A stretch of DNA of 64,000 nt, taken from positions 120,220,001 to 120,284,000 of the forward strand of contig NW_024704742.1 in assembly GCF_018977255.1 (NCBI RefSeq), read 5' to 3'. This document shows positions 25,001 through 37,744 of this stretch, in pieces; the stretch's first letter is position 1, and each line of letters begins with the position of its first letter. Origin of the DNA: Callorhinchus milii (Eukaryota). Made by a program: the position numbers and the translations under genes. The notes under the pieces were generated by a model. That model had not been told where the DNA came from, made no database searches, and saw only the letters and a list, made by a program, of their open reading frames with translations.

Positions 25001-26470
25001 ATCTGAGAAGGACCCGTTTATCCCTACTCTCTGTTTTCGTCCTGTTTGTCACTCTCCAATCCATGCTAATATATCACCTTTAATTCCATGGGCTCTAATC
25101 TTATGCAACAGCCTTTTATGTGGCACCTTGTCAAATGCCATATGGAAATCCAAATACACAACATCTACTGGTTCCTCCCCTTTTGAGGATGTAATCTGCT
25201 AGATACATCCTCAAAAAATGCTAAAAGATTTGTTAAACATGATTTCCCTTTTGTAAAGCCATGTTGACTCTGTCTAATCATGTTATGATTTTCTAAGTAC
25301 CCCACAACGACGCCGTTAAGGACTGTAGAATTTTCCCTACCACCGATATCAGACTAACTGGTCTATAGTTCTCCATTATTTGTCTCTCACCCTTCTTAAA
25401 TATCAGCGTTATGTTTGCGACCTTCTAATCACTGGGAACCATTCCAGAATCCAGGGAATTTTGGAAGATTAAAAACACAGCATCCACTATCTCTGCAGCC
25501 ACGTCTTTTAAAACCTTAGGATGCAGACCATCAGGTCTGGCAGGTTTATCGTTTTTTAATCCTATAAATTTCTCTAGTACTATTGCTTTACTGATGTTCA
25601 TTTCTTTTAACTTCCTCACCAACATTAGCCTCCAGGTTCCCCTTTATTTTCGGTAAGTTTTCAGTGCCCTCTAATGTGAAGACTGAAGCAAAATATTTGT
25701 TTAATGACTCTGCCATTTCTTTATTCCCCATTATAATTTCTCCTGTCTCTGCCTGCAATGGACTCACATTCACTTTTGATAGTCTCGTCCTCTTTATGTA
25801 CTTGTAAAAACTCTTACAATCTGTCTTTATGTTCCTAGCTAGTTTACCCTCATATTCCATTTTGTCCCTCTTAATCAGTTTCTTGGTTTTCCTTTGCTGT
25901 TCTCTAAAGCCCTCCCAATCCTCAGGTTTACTGCTCTTTTCTGGCAGTATTATAGGCCTCTTCTTTTAATTTTATACTTTCTCTAACTTCTCTAGTTAGC
26001 CAGGGTTGAACCACATTTCCCGTGGTATTTTTCTTTTTCAAGGGAATATGTGATCGCTGGGAATTATGTATTATATCTTTAAACATTTGCCATTGCTGGT
26101 CTATGGTCATATTTTTTAATCTAATTTCCCAGTCTATTTTAGCCAAATCTTCTCTCATACCTGCAAAGTTGGTTTTATTCAAATTTAAGACCCTTGCTTC
26201 GGATTCAACTATATCACTCTCAAACTTGAATGTTAAATTCCATCATGTTATGGTCACTCTGCCCTAGAGGAGCCTTAACTTCCAGATTGCTGATTAGCCC
26301 TATTTCATTACACTAAACAAGATCTAGGATCGCCTGTTCCCTGGTTGGTTCCTCAGCATATTGTTCTGGAAAACTATCTCTAATGCATTCTATAAACTCA
26401 TCCTCTAGTTTACTTTTGCCAATTTGGTTTTCCCAGTCTATATGGAGATTGAAATCACCCACTATTAATG
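22100..26470 (-). mobile_element. Stack of CR1-clade LINE copies (3' end about 22100-22725; copy about 22726-24262; copy about 24266-26470)
   Basis: [61 protein letters not shown], and endonuclease-end motif GDFNLHIDW; the same RT segments occur twice; (CTTATGTT)-type tails. Confidence 0.92.
22161..22488 (-). mobile_element. tRNA-derived SINE inserted in a CR1 3' end
   Basis: Full copy; the CR1 sequence CCGCCATT...CATGGCTGATC resumes on both sides. Confidence 0.9.
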
Positions 26471-26734
26471 TATTATTGTATATACTGTAAAGTGTAGTGA
26501 CTGTATTTTGTAGGTGAACACAGCAGCTAATTTGCACGTAACAATGTCTTATAAACAGTCATGAAGTGAATGACAAATTTTATTGGGGGGGGATTGGTGG
26601 CCAGGAGAATCTCCCTTCTCTTTCTCAATAGTGCCCTGGCATTTTTAATGTCCCCCTGAACAGCCAGATCGGATCTTGGGTTAATGTCTCATCTGAAGGA
26701 AGGCACCTCCAACACTAGAGTGCTGTGAGGTCAA

Positions 26735-27615
26735 AGGCAACAACAACTTGCATTTATATAGCTCTCTCCATGCCTGGCAGTGTCCCAGAGTGCTTAACAG
26801 TGGTGGAGCCCATTGCTGAGCCGGGTGGGGGGGTGGAGGGAAAGTTGACCATAGGCACGGTCAAAGAGAAAGGTCTTCAAGCTCAACCTGAACATGGGGA
26901 AATAGGGGGCATGGATTGCGGGAGGGAATTCCATAGCTTTGGGGAGTAGTGGCTGAAGGCATGGCCGCTGATGGTGGAGCAAAGAATTCGAGGGGGAGGC
27001 CAGAGCCAGTAGAAAGGAGGCAGCAGGTAGTGCTATGAGGAGAGAGGAGGTTGGAGAGATAGGTGGGGAGGGTGGGGGGAGCAAGGCTTGGAGGGATTTA
27101 AACACTAGAGTGAGGATCTTGAAGTCGATCCACTCTGTGACAGGGAACCAGTAGACTGGCAAGGACTGGAGTAATCGGTGTATGAAGTTTGGTGCGGGTG
27201 CGAATGTAGGCTTGGGGAGTTTTGGATGAGTTGAATTTTGTGAATAATGGAGGAGGGGAAACCGGCGATGAGTAGTCCAGCCGAGAGGTGAAGAAGGTGG
27301 GTTAAGGGTTTTGGCAGCTTTTGGGGTGAGGTATTGTTGGAGACGGGCAACATGGCGGAGGTGGAGGAAAACGGTGCTGGTCAGGAACCGGATGTGGCAG
27401 ATAACTGGGCATTGAACCTGATGTCTTAAATTGCGCACAGGTTCACAGAGTTTTAAGGACGGATCGGGTAGGTTGAGGAGGTCGGAACCGTGGGACGGAA
27501 GACGTCGATGGGAGCCAAGGAGTATAGCTCCCCTCTTGTTGACATTTAACTGCAAGAAGTTTGCACTCATCCATGCCTTGATGTCTGTCAGACAAGACGA
27601 CAAAACATCAGAGGA
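26735..27615 (-). mobile_element. L2 fragment inserted in an older SINE
   Basis: ORF 26794..27648 DIKAWMSANFLQLNVNK...IDFKILTLVFK...[13 protein letters not shown] halves on either side. Confidence 0.85.
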
Positions 27616-30600
27616 CTGGGGGTCCCGACATGGGGCTTGAACACACAACCTTCTTACTCAGAGGCTAGAATGCTACCAACTGAGCCAAGCTGACACAGAT
27701 CAGACTGATCAGAAAAGGCTGCCCCAAAGCCACTATTGTTTTAAACTGAATAAAACATTAGCAGAGTAGCTTTGAGCTACAATGTTTATCTGCACTATAC
27801 ATAAAGCAGCAATAATGAAAAACTGGCCTTGAGCTATAGGAGGACACAATGTGATTAGCTGCAGTAAAATCTGTCACGTTCACCTTAGCTAAAGTGCCAC
27901 CCACCATAGCTAACTATTTTGTTTAAGCAGAAATGGTTTTCTACAGTAATTTAATTCAACAGGAGCGACAGCTGGATTATGCAGCCACCTGTTCCCAAGA
28001 CCATAACTACTGGTAGAAAAACATGAGAGCCTAAAACACACCTGGATTAAGCATTCACCCTTAAACACGTGATTATTATTTAAAATGACCATTCTGTTTG
28101 GATTTGGGACAACAGCGAAACCTTAATATCTTTCACTGGGATTTAATAATTACTTGCCTTAAGCAACCTGTTTGGTTCAGTCTCAAAGGTGACTGTTGAA
28201 TACAAGTCCGGTCAAGCTTCACAGTAGCCTGTAGGCTACACAAATATTAGCTGGGCTAATACATTTCAAACATGAGAAGCCGGCTTGGCTGCTTGTTTTA
28301 CCATCTGGAGATCGTGACTATGATGGGAAATGCCCGCTGATTAAAAAATGGTTTGACAAGCCGCACAGTTGAAAATTATGGTGGAAATTAAGTAATTATG
28401 TAACATTAGGAAACTATTCCATTTGCCAAACATTTTGTGCAGATAAATTCTTATCAATTTAATTTTAGTGACTGCACAAATAAATTAAAATCAGACAATT
28501 GGTAAAAAATGCTGGTAAAAAGAACTCTGCCTCTGCTAAATCAACATAAGAGCAACAGAATAACCCCCTATGTTTACAGTTTGGAGAACAGACTGAATCT
28601 TCAGCCCACATAATTTTGGGAAAGATACACAGAAATTCCCCTTTCTCTCCCCCCCTGGATGTTTTGAAGCTAAGAAAAATGATTTGAAAATCCCACCAAC
28701 TCTCCGAGCTGCGTTTTTTGTCTGAATGTTTACCACCCCCCAAAAATAAATGTATCAACAGCAGGTTTTGGGATATATAAACGTGGTTGACCTTTTTCTT
28801 AATTCCCAAAGGTGGTGGTCAGACTCATACCATTGTTTTTATTTAGCATGCAGTTTGAATACAGATGTGGGCGCCTTTAACATTGCAAGAGATTGAAATT
28901 TTATTGAAAATCGTAGAAATAAAAAATTCCTCCTCTTGTTGGTGTGACCCTATTTCACGCTGGCATCAGTCTCTCTGGATCATGCCACTTTGTCTCACTG
29001 CTTTCTGCATTCATGACTTCCTAAACTCTCCCAACTCACATCTCTGTCTCCCAGTCTGCATCTTGGCCCATTTTGCCACGCATTCTCTTCAGTTGTCAGC
29101 ACCAAATGGAGGTCAGTTGTGGAGTGAGGTGCCTCTCAGCCACTTCCTCTGATATCAGGTACCTCCTCATCCTGTGCAACACATTTTACTGATGTAGTAA
29201 AATGTACTCACCTCCTCATTCATCAATGTCTCAATAAACTACCTCTTGATGTTCAGTGCTGCCCAGACTTGTAGATCATGAGGGATAAAGCTGCTTGCTG
29301 GCTTTACTGGTTGCGTCACCATAGCAACCAGACATCACGATGACCTTCGGTGAAGACACCTGTTAACTGTAGAACACTTGAAATCCTTTTAATGGACCTA
29401 CTTTTAATTGTTTTATTAGGTACATAAAACACTTAACTTTGTTTAGATAATGTATTTACAAGTGTGTTCCTGATGTGCTGTGTTTCTGTTTCTGTTACAC
29501 AGGTTATTTATTTTTCTCATAATTTTGGCCCACATTGAAACCACCCCTTTTGAACTATCTGGTTTTGTTACCTCTGTATACAAAAAGTTAAATACACCTT
29601 GAAAAAAACAGATACATTTTATCATAAAGTCATGTTAAGGTGGCTTCATTTGATAGTGCTTTGTGATAATTGCGTCATTCCCTGAAGCAGAAAATGAAAT
29701 GATAAATATTGTTACAATTTTCAGTGCTTTCTTTCCAGTTATTTTTCCAATCGATGGAGATTAAAGAAGAAAAGAGCAGACCACTGAGAATGACTCAGAT
29801 CGATGTAGAATTAGCTCTCAAATTCTCAAATCATACGTAATATCGAAACAATCCGTTCTCTAATATTGTTTAGTGTATTTTCATTCAAATTAATTTGCAA
29901 ATGAACGTTCGGTCTGCAGGGAGGTTTATTTTTGTCAATAATGCAGAACCTTTACATCTAAGTGTATTATGCAGGGTTGATCAGCTAAGCTGTAAATCAG
30001 ACAACTGCATTAACTTGCCTGACCTTTCACAGTCAGCAGGGCATTCTAAAACACATTCATTCCAACTTCCAGACACTGTTATAATAGTTATAAATCATTG
30101 TGTCACTCCCAACCAATCAGAAGCAACTTTTTCATTTGGGAAATGACACTATAAAATTCAGTGACTTTGCCGGCAGCCTACACTTCAAACTAGATGCGCT
30201 TCCAGCATTCCATTTCTGTCTACCGCCCCGTCAAACTCCTAGAAGTTCCTAAATTATTTAGGTTCTCTGGGGGATTTCTGTTTAAATCTATTAATGGGGT
30301 GAAATGTGTGGCGCTTCATTTGTGGTATCACATTGAATCTCTTATGAAATGTTCATAATTTCAACCCTGTGTTTCTTCTGAAATAAAAAAAAGGAAATTT
30401 TTTCCTTGCAATTAAAAATATGAAGTTTAGTTTCTCTCAGAGGTTCTGAGATACTTCTGATTGGATGCAGACAACAGCAACAGTCTAGTGCAATGGATAA
30501 TGTTCCAAAAATGTCAACTTTCAAACAGTTTAGCAAAGGTCAAAGTAAAATGTATCAAGCATTTTTCTTAATTTTTCTCCCGACTCAGACTGGGCTACAA

Positions 30601-30884
30601 TTACATGGGTGCAGGCACCTCACCTGCCGTCATTCATCACGTATGACCTGAGAGAACATTTCGGAAGGATATTCAACTATATGGAGATCACAGGCCAGGC
30701 CCATCCTGCTCTTAGCTAAGTGAACCTTCCAACGGGAAATGGACTGATTTCGCCCTTCCCGAGCCCAGAAGTGGTGAAGTGAAATACAGAACTCCCCACT
30801 GAGATCAATTACCTAAATATGGCTGGGGTTTGAATCTGCAATTTTATGGCTTATTGATACTTTGGTATTGTCTTTACCTGTATA

Positions 30885-31285
30885 ATAATTTACTTAGCAT
30901 TTGGGCTAGCACCTTATCATGTCAGCAAAAGTCTCTAAGCGTTTCACAGGATTTACTGTAAAGTGTAATGGCTGTATATTTGTGGATTGATTTGGCAGCC
31001 AATTTGCACATGGCAATTCTCCAGCAAAGTCCCACAAACAGCCACAAAGTGATTGACCTGTTGAATCCATAAGATTGTTAGTCGGGATATCGAATAGTCC
31101 ACTTAAATAGGAAGATGGCATTACGATTTAATGTCTCATCCACAGGATGGAACCTTTGACAAGATATGCTCGTCCAACGCTGCACTGGAGCATCAGCCTA
31201 GATGGTGAGCTCAACATTACGATATAAAGCTCGAACCCACAACCTTCTCAGAAGTGAGAGTACTACCAACTGAACCAAGCTGACT
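30885..31285 (-). mobile_element. Older Deu-domain tRNA SINE (SacSINE1/AmnSINE1-like)
   Basis: Reverse head CTACCAACTGAACCAAGCTGAC, body TGCACTGGAGCATCAGCCTAGAT, Deu-type tail. Similar relics at 15715-15880 (+), 26480-26725 plus 27615-27695 (-), 38610-39000 (-) and about 50680-50780 (-). Confidence 0.65.
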
Positions 31286-31593
31286 CCTATTGGGGGCGAC
31301 TATTCACTTAACAAGTCAACTGGAGGCAACTGTACTAATGATGAATTGTCTGGAACCAAGGCTTTTACTTTGATATATGACCTTGCATTCCGCTATTTGA
31401 GTAACTGTTAACAAAACTTCAAAGAAGATTGTATTCCCATTCCACAGAGTCAGAATCCATGCATAACCCTGCACATATGAAAAGATTATTTCTGTTCTGT
31501 AGCTAAAACAGAAAGGGTGTTGGGTGTTAATGACCTGGTTATGATCTGGTGAAAGATTTGACTTCTCATTTCCTTTTCTCTTCTACCTTGAAG

Positions 31594-31707
31594 GAAAACA
31601 GCCTTTTCTCAAAACAGTCAATGATAATAAGTAGGTTGAGAAGAGCTTTTCTACTCTCTGGAGGAGATGCCAGAGGCAATATTGTCATGGAAACATTCAG
31701 AAATGAT
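31594..31707 (+). pseudogene. Possible decayed internal CENPK exon
   Basis: Strong pyrimidine tract plus AG acceptor and a GTAAG donor. Broken frames give LKT...EKSFSTL or EELFYSLEEMPE, versus CENP-K LKTK...EKLLSTLGEFLE (recalled). Confidence 0.3.
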
Positions 31708-33160
31708 GTAAGCTCTATTGACAGATGAGGAAGGTGTAGGCATTTATTCACACATTTGGATCTTGGGCTGTAGGTTATAATCCAGAGCTCCCCAAGAAGA
31801 GAATACTAGTGTGTACTGAGTTTAGAATCATTTGGCTGCACTCAAATTTTTCAATTCAACAAATCTTTGGTGTTGAGGTTTTTCTTTTATTTTGGAGCAT
31901 AATGTTGCGTAAGCATAAACCTGAAGGGGGTGGAAAGCTGAAAAGAACTTCGTATTAGTTTAAAAGCTTTCCCTCCTTTGCTGTGAAGGCAAAAGATATA
32001 ACACGCTGAGTGCGATAGGCAGTGGAGCTTTGGGAAACAGGTTCTCACCTTGATATCCCTCCCCCAACCACACACACAAACACACCTCTGTGTTCCTGAT
32101 TTCACTAAATGCCCTTTAGGTATTTGCACATAATTAGAGAAAGAGATCGCATCACCTCTTAGTAGTTGGCTTTAGAGCAACAATATCAGCAGAGGCCAGA
32201 ATTGCTCCATTAGGTGAGGAGATTCAAGAAAGGTAATCCAAAACAATAGAAAAATAATACTTTTGCAGGTTGTCCCTGCTACAAAAGATGTAGGCTTTTC
32301 AACTGAATGCTAGATGCACAAGACTGGGTGTCAATATATTATGAGTTGGTTAAAATTTCATCCTGCAATTATTTGTCAAGAGGACATCTGAAATCATTAC
32401 ATAAAACATTGCATATATTACAGTATTGGAACACTGAATTTTGAACTTAGTACGAGAGAGCAGATGGAGGACTAAGCACTGTCTTTTTAATATAATGTTA
32501 TATTTTATATTACTTTTTATATTATTTTATATTTTCTGGGCTATAATCCTTGGAACAAAACATGGTTCCCATTGGTTTGACCACAATCCTCCGTACTGGA
32601 TATCCAGAATCACCATTTGAAACCCCATTACAACATCAACAACTTGAATTTATATGGTGCCCTTCACATTGGGTAGTATATCAGAGCACTGCATTAGGCT
32701 CCAATTTAGGTCATTTTGTGGATTTCTGGCTTTTTGTAACTCAGAGATGTACATCTGTTATTTGCACCCAATTGGAGTAGATAATGTGTTCTCTTTAATT
32801 GACCTGGCACGAATATTCCCACAAATGTTCTTTACAGTCTTTTGATCAGGAGTCAGCAGATGGCAAATAGGGGAGGTTAAGATACTCCTAAACAAGGATT
32901 AGCTAGCTGAGCACGCTGTGTTACTTTAAATGGGTGCACTTTATATTCTTGTCAGTCAAAACTCTAATGGCTGACCTGGAACATTTGAATTCGTGCCTGC
33001 ACATCCCCTCAAGGTCATTTCCCTTGCCTCTTGGTATGTTGAACATCTTTGTATCTGCTCTTTTTGGCTACATTACCAGATATTTCCATCTTGGGGGTTC
33101 TGTTTTTGGTTTTGGATTCCTGCAGCCTGTCCCAATCTTTGGACTTCCCTCTTTGTTCTA

Positions 33161-33645
33161 TAATAATAATAATCCTTACATTTGATATAGCACCTGATCA
33201 CATCTTCGAGACGTCCCAAAGCGCTTCACAGAATATACCGTAAAGTGAATTGATTGTATATTTGTGGGCGAACGCGGCAGCCAATTGAGCACAGCAATGT
33301 CCCACAAACAGTCATGGATTGGAAATGACCAATTTATTATTGTTTTGTTTTTTTGGAGGGATTATTATTAAGCGTGTGGAGTAAGAAAACTTGCCCAAGG
33401 TTTCGCCCTGCCTGGAATTGAACTCAGGTCTCTCACTTGCAAAGCGAGTGCACTAACCACTGAGCTACAGAACTCCAATTATTACCCCCAGAAAAGCGAT
33501 CCGCCAATCAACTAACAACTGGTTTCCTACTTACTGCTAGGTAAACAGAGGCGTGTGGAGTAAGGAAACTTGCCCAACGGTTCACCCTGCTGGGAATCGA
33601 ACCCAGGTGAGGCGAGTGCTCTAGCCATTAAGTTACAGAACTCCA
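33161..33645 (-). mobile_element. Full SINE (33161-33477) plus a second SINE head (about 33520-33645)
   Basis: Two tandem heads ending ...ACAGAACTCCA; the second carries the CCTCTGTTTACCTAGCAGTA body. Confidence 0.85.
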
Positions 33646-33812
33646 ATGACAGACCAGGGAGCCTGGCTCATTAGCAGAATATGGTGCACTTATATCTTAT
33701 CTATTCATAATTTTGGTAGAGGCCTCAGCCCACTCTTAGGATTCTTTCCTCTACCATCAACAAATGTAGTGTCAAAGTTTATAGATGATACAACCAAGTT
33801 TTTTTTGTAAGG

Positions 33813-33945
33813 ATTTTTAAAAATCTGAATAATTTTCATTCTGGAAGTCTCAAAAGAAATTCCTGGCCAAGAGAAGCCATTTTCTGGCCTCCATCCTCCT
33901 TGTTCTGTTAAAACATGGACTCTTATTAACCTAGACACCCCCAAT
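33813..33945 (+). pseudogene. CENPK: Decayed CENPK terminal exon (frameshifts and stops)
   Basis: TTC TGG CCT CCA (FWPP, 33882-33893), then 11 nt, CTG TTA AAA CAT GGA (LLKHG, 33905-33919), then 13 nt, AGA CAC CCC (RHP, 33933-33941). This matches CENP-K C-terminal FWPPYVELLLRNGIALRHP (recalled) with two indels. A T-tract/AG lies upstream at about 33800-33811, and position and strand are syntenic between PPWD1 and ADAMTS6. Confidence 0.6.
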
Positions 33946-34940
33946 AAATATTAAATAAATAAACCCATTCTCTGTGCTCCCAAGTCTCTGGATTGCTGTT
34001 AAATTGCATTGTGAGCAATGAAAGCATCCACCACCTTGCTCTTCATTGCTTCTTATTAGTTTTCTTAGTTTATCAGGCCTGTTTCAGTTGATTTTCATCT
34101 CTTTTTGGTAATTCATGAGTGCTCATGTTTACTTTTGTGTAGCTGACGTGAGTAGTTCTGCATTTACTTAGTTATTCAAATCGTTGTAGGAATATGATAA
34201 ACAGATTGGCAAAGATTTTCCACCCCAACAATATTAAGAGGACACATGATTCCTGAGACTCATTTGCAGCTACAGAGTCAAGTAGCGAGATCTGAAGAAA
34301 AAAAATTTTATATGCAAAAATGTTTTTACGCCGTATGGAAAAAATAATTGAAACCATGGAGTAAACAGCAAAAAAACACATTGTGACAGTATTGGGTAGA
34401 ATGGACCATGACATTCAACTTCTACCTTACGTTTGACACATCTACCTCCACATCTGATAACAGAATAATTTTAATTTCAAGCAAGCTGTCTAATTCCTTT
34501 TTGAATCTCTTCATAGCTCCTTGTTTGCTGGGAGTTTATTTCTTTTAAAAATATCTAGTTATATGAGCAGTAATAATAATAATTATAATAATCCTTGCAT
34601 TTGATATAGTGCCTTATCATGTCTTTAATACTTCTCAAAGCACTTCACAGAATATACTGTAAAGTGAATTGAATATAAGATCCTGAGCATTCTGCACTGA
34701 GTCCAGAAACTCAACAAAATCCTGTGTTAGTACCTGAGCAATAATGTCAAGTCATATAATTTTTGTATCATTTCAATATAAATTGGAGTCGTCTAAAATT
34801 GAATGGTAATGAATAATAATAATAATCTTTGCATTTGGTGTGGCACCTTTCATATCAGGACGACTTCCCAAAGCGCTTCACAAGTTATATATTGAGTTCC
34901 TGCTCTTGTTCATGTATTTGGAGAACTTTTCATGCAGAGA

Positions 34941-36475
34941 CAATAGAACAAATATATTGTTTACCGAAAAATATTCTGTGTTGAATCAAATTTGTAAACT
35001 TTTACAACATATGGCATTTGAATTATAAAGAATAAAGAATCACTAATAGATTTAGCCTGGGTTGGGTTAGGTTTAATTCAATAGTGTTATATTAGCGTTA
35101 TAAAAGCAATGTCCACATGAGACTATAGACATCTCCACCCGGAGAGAAAGGAATACCACATGGGTGAAGAAGTCACCACAAACCAATCGTAGATAGTTCC
35201 TCGCAGCCAGATTAAGAGGTAGCGTTCGCAAAACCTAGCAAACAGTTTGCTTAGCATATCTCTTAACATTCAAAATGATGTGCAATATGAGCAAAATTAA
35301 AGAGAGAGTATAAGTAGAGAATTTACTTTTACAAAAGATAAAAAGCAGCAAGAATGCAATAATGATGAATATACATGTGTTCAGTTGTTTGTTTTTGCTA
35401 CACTATGAAATCCAAGTATAGCGATTGACAAAAGTTGTGTTTACAGTGTAATGTATTAACTATTAAAATGAATGTCATTCTGCCATATCTCTGTTGGTGC
35501 ACATAGTGACACCCCCTAGGATTTGCAGACATATCCAGCGGTGTTCCAGTCATCAAGGGTCTCTGTTACCACTGTTAGAAATGCATTTGGTTTATTCTTT
35601 CTGTTATGCCAAAGGGTAGCTTTCCTTTGGGTCCCAATGCATGATGTCAAATGTCATGTAATGTAAACAGTGGTTAAGCTCCTGTGTAAACACACACACA
35701 GACACACACACACAAACTGGAAGCATTTAATTTGGCTCCATTTTAATTTATTGTGACTACTTTGCACACAAGGTGCTTCATCTCAAAACATGTAGCAAAT
35801 ACAATGCAAGACAATCCCTTAGGATACTTGAAAACTGATTTCAATGAAAAAGATGAATATTATACAATGTAGTCACTAATATTCTATCATCAATTCTGAA
35901 TTTTCTTTTAAATAATCACAGTGATTTTCAGCATGATCTAACTTGAGGGAATGTTGAAGTCATTTCTCTGTTTAATGTTAATCTGCCTCACTATGTTTCA
36001 GGTTGTTTATGTTATTCTTAAACCAGATTTAACTAACATATTAGCCTGCCTTTAAGAAAACCAGGGCTATGTCAATATGGGGACCATTACAGTTCATAAT
36101 GGATTGTAAATGTTGTGAATGAATTGCAGGTTCCGTTCTTACAGACAAAACACACAATATTTTGATTTCTGAAAAAATCTCCAGTACTAAATCGCAACAG
36201 CTGATTCAAATTTGGATATAAATATTTTATTTAAAAATAGCATAGATTTTTGACATTGAAGATAACAGAAACAATTCTGTTTGATTTGTGCCAATAGAAC
36301 AAATGTATTGTTTACCGAAAAATATTCTGTGTTGAATCAAATTTGTAAACTTTTACAACATATGGCATTTGAATTATAAAGAATCACTTTAGTTCTCACT
36401 ACAGATTTAGCCTGTGTTGGGTTAGGTTTAATTCAATAGTGTTATATTAGTGTTATAAAAGCAATGTCCACATGA
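34941..36475 (+). repeat. About 180-bp direct repeat pair (34941-35120 and 36292-36475)
   Basis: CAATAGAACAAAT.TATTGTTTACCGAAAAATATTCTGTGTTGAATC...TAAAAGCAATGTCCACATGA is present twice with few differences. Confidence 0.9.
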
Positions 36476-37744
36476 TGGCATCTCCTGCATATGTTTATTG
36501 AAATCAAAGTCAGAATTTCAGATAACTCAAAGCCTTACAGACATTAAGCTTCCATTGCTCTTTCAGGTACAACTACATTGTGTTTTCCTGTGTACCAATT
36601 TACCTTAAATATACCAGTTAGTTGCTTTTTCATTTTTTTAATTATGGTTCTATTTCTGAGAAAGTACAGTAATAGAATTTTTAAAATATTATAAGCATCA
36701 CCACATGTGTGTGGGTAGGTGTTACATTTCACAGACTATGGATATTTTGGAACAGTATGCATACCAGCATTATTTTACCCTCGTTCTCCATGGCATGTTT
36801 TTTACGCAGTGTGCAATGAAGGAAAGGTGGAATCCAAATTAATATAACACATAGATTTTGCTAAAACAGTTTAATTGCCGTGTTGTGCTCAGAGGTTCAT
36901 GCTGTATTTAGACTCACAGAAGCATAAACAGTTAGATATTGATGGGCCGTTTCTACTTGTCAGTGAGTCCAAAACAAGAGGGCATAAATATAAGATGCCC
37001 AAGAAATCTGAAAAATCTAAGATTCAGGTGCAAGACCTCGATTGTCCAGTGCCTTGTGACGTCCTTTCTACGTGAAAGGCGCTACAGTTTATAATTGCAA
37101 TTTGTTGTTGTTGTCTCAGATTTGATCACTGATATCAGGCTGCGGCACCACAATTGACCTCAGTGTCCCCATGTATGCAAAGGAATCAATAGCCAGGATC
37201 GCACTCCTGAATGCCATCAGTTCACTCCTGAAAGAAGTGAATCTATGGATGTGGTTTAAGCACAGAACCAGAGCTGGGTTCTCATGTATCCACAGTTAAA
37301 TCGCTTGCCAAGAATCACTGCTGAACTCATACATGAATAGCCACTTTGTGCGAATCGTACATGAGCACCATTTTCAAGATAGGAGCTGGGAAATAGGGTT
37401 ATTGTATGAAAAATCTAACAACCATAGTGGACGCATTACTGACTAGAGCTAGTAAAGAAAATAAACAGATTCAGAGAGATTTCCAATTGATATATACACA
37501 TATATAATATATATATTTCACTACAATATATTTTTAATGTGTAGCCATAAAAACTAATTTTGTATTTAACTAAACTGAAATGTGAAAATGTGAAATGTGA
37601 AACAAAAATGAAAATTTGCATTTCTAGCAACGTCTAAATTTGGACCTGTCTCGTTCGCTACTAAAAAGAGTTTCTCCACATAACCTAGCCATAACCCTCC
37701 AGGTAAAATTGATCATTCACTACAGGCTATTTGTGCATCACTTA

